NCBI GenBank assembly: GCA_963760795.1
Contig: CAVXEP010000003.1
Coordinates: 160,001-224,000 of the forward strand
Direction of reading: 5' to 3'
DNA from: an uncultured delta proteobacterium
GTDB taxonomy: Bacteria > Desulfobacterota > Binatia > UBA9968
DNA length: 64,000 bases
The position numbers and the translations under genes are program-made. Below, piece by piece: positions 63,299-64,000 of this stretch. Positions within the stretch are counted from its first letter, which is position 1; the number at the start of each line of letters is the position of its first letter. Below the pieces are notes generated by a model. It saw only the letters and a program-made list of their open reading frames with translations, was not told the DNA's origin and searched no databases.

Positions 63299-63886
63299 TT
63301 ATAAACTCCCCTTGGTCGACAACACGCCCTGCACCCGCGGGTCTACCTGAGTAGCGAAGTCCATCGCCCGGGCGAACGCCTTGAAGCAAGCTTCGATAAT
63401 ATGGTGCGGATTCTCGCCGCGCGGCACATCGATATGCAGGTTCATGCCCAACTGATTAGCAAACGCGGCGAAAAATTCATGGGGCAAGTCGGTGTCGAAG
63501 TCGCCGACGCGGCCTGGGCGAATCTTGACGTTGTACAAGAGATAGGGCCGGCCGCTCAGATCGACCACCACCTTGGCCAGTGTCTCATCGAGCGGACAGC
63601 TGGCTTCGCCGAAGCGGCGGATACCCGCCTTGTCGCCGAGGGCGTCCTTGAACGCCTGCCCCAACACCAACCCGACATCTTCCACCGTGTGGTGATAGTC
63701 GACTTCCAAGTCGCCCTTGGCCTGGATGGCGATATTGAAAAAACCATGGCGGCTAAAGGCGTCGAGCATATGGTTGAAAAACGGCATGCCGGTTTCGATA
63801 CTCGCTTGGCCGCTGCCGTCGACATCCAGATTGATCGTGATGTCGGTCTCTTTAGTTTTTCGCGCCACCGTCGCTGTCCGTCCCAT
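63299..63886 (-). CDS. hisB: Imidazoleglycerol-phosphate dehydratase
   Basis: [21 protein letters not shown] and terminal STKGSL. Confidence 0.95.
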   Translation of the reverse strand: MGRTATVARKTKETDITINLDVDGSGQASIETGMPFFNHMLDAFSRHGFFNIAIQAKGDLEVDYHHTVEDVGLVLGQAFKDALGDKAGIRRFGEASCPLDETLAKVVVDLSGRPYLLYNVKIRPGRVGDFDTDLPHEFFAAFANQLGMNLHIDVPRGENPHHIIEACFKAFARAMDFATQVDPRVQGVLSTKGSL

Positions 63887-63942
63887 GATTATCTCCCAAG
63901 TTTAAATCGCCTTCACGGCGTGTTCGAAGCCAAAACCTGAAA

Positions 63943-64000
63943 CTAGGCACTCTTCTCGAAGCGCACTTCCACCGAGCGCGCGTGATCGTCCAACCCTTCC
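63943..64000 (-). CDS. hisD: Histidinol dehydrogenase, 3' end (partial)
   Basis: EGLDDHARSVEVRFEKSA* matches the HisD C-terminus; lies upstream of hisB. Confidence 0.75.
   Translation of the reverse strand, partial: EGLDDHARSVEVRFEKSA

Overview
A GC-rich bacterial chromosome segment whose gene order looks Deltaproteobacteria-like (possibly Ca. Binatia; inference). Scattered single-base indels, even in housekeeping genes, point to long-read assembly errors. The left ~25 kb is core genome: a DUF3106/DUF1800/DUF1501 module, a heterodimeric ABC exporter, glyQS, the xerC-hslVU-argBDFGH-lipoprotein-lysA-dapFAB operon, a hydrolase, an MFS transporter and a methyltransferase. The right end is hisD'-hisB-hisH-hisA. 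Between them (~25.7-61.4 kb) lies a lipid/polyketide island. A minus-strand aryl-polyene (ape) operon, with an ammonia-lyase and a halogenase-like gene, is broken in its last ketosynthase gene (apeR) by a ~16 kb, visibly lower-GC, plus-strand second type II FAS/PKS cluster. That insert encodes 3 carrier proteins, a KS, a KS/CLF pair, a phytoene-desaturase-like enzyme, and a free-standing carrier/condensation-like/FAD-oxidoreductase/adenylation/O-methyltransferase module. The insert begins at an IS91/ISCR remnant with an oriIS-like end. It contains a group IIC intron remnant interrupted by an IS701 element (TIRs and CTAA target duplication visible). The two apeR remnants on either side overlap in coding position but differ in sequence. 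Many intergenic junctions carry 7-9 nt tandem-repeat cassettes (often inverted) and REP-like palindromes. No rRNA, tRNA or CRISPR array was seen.
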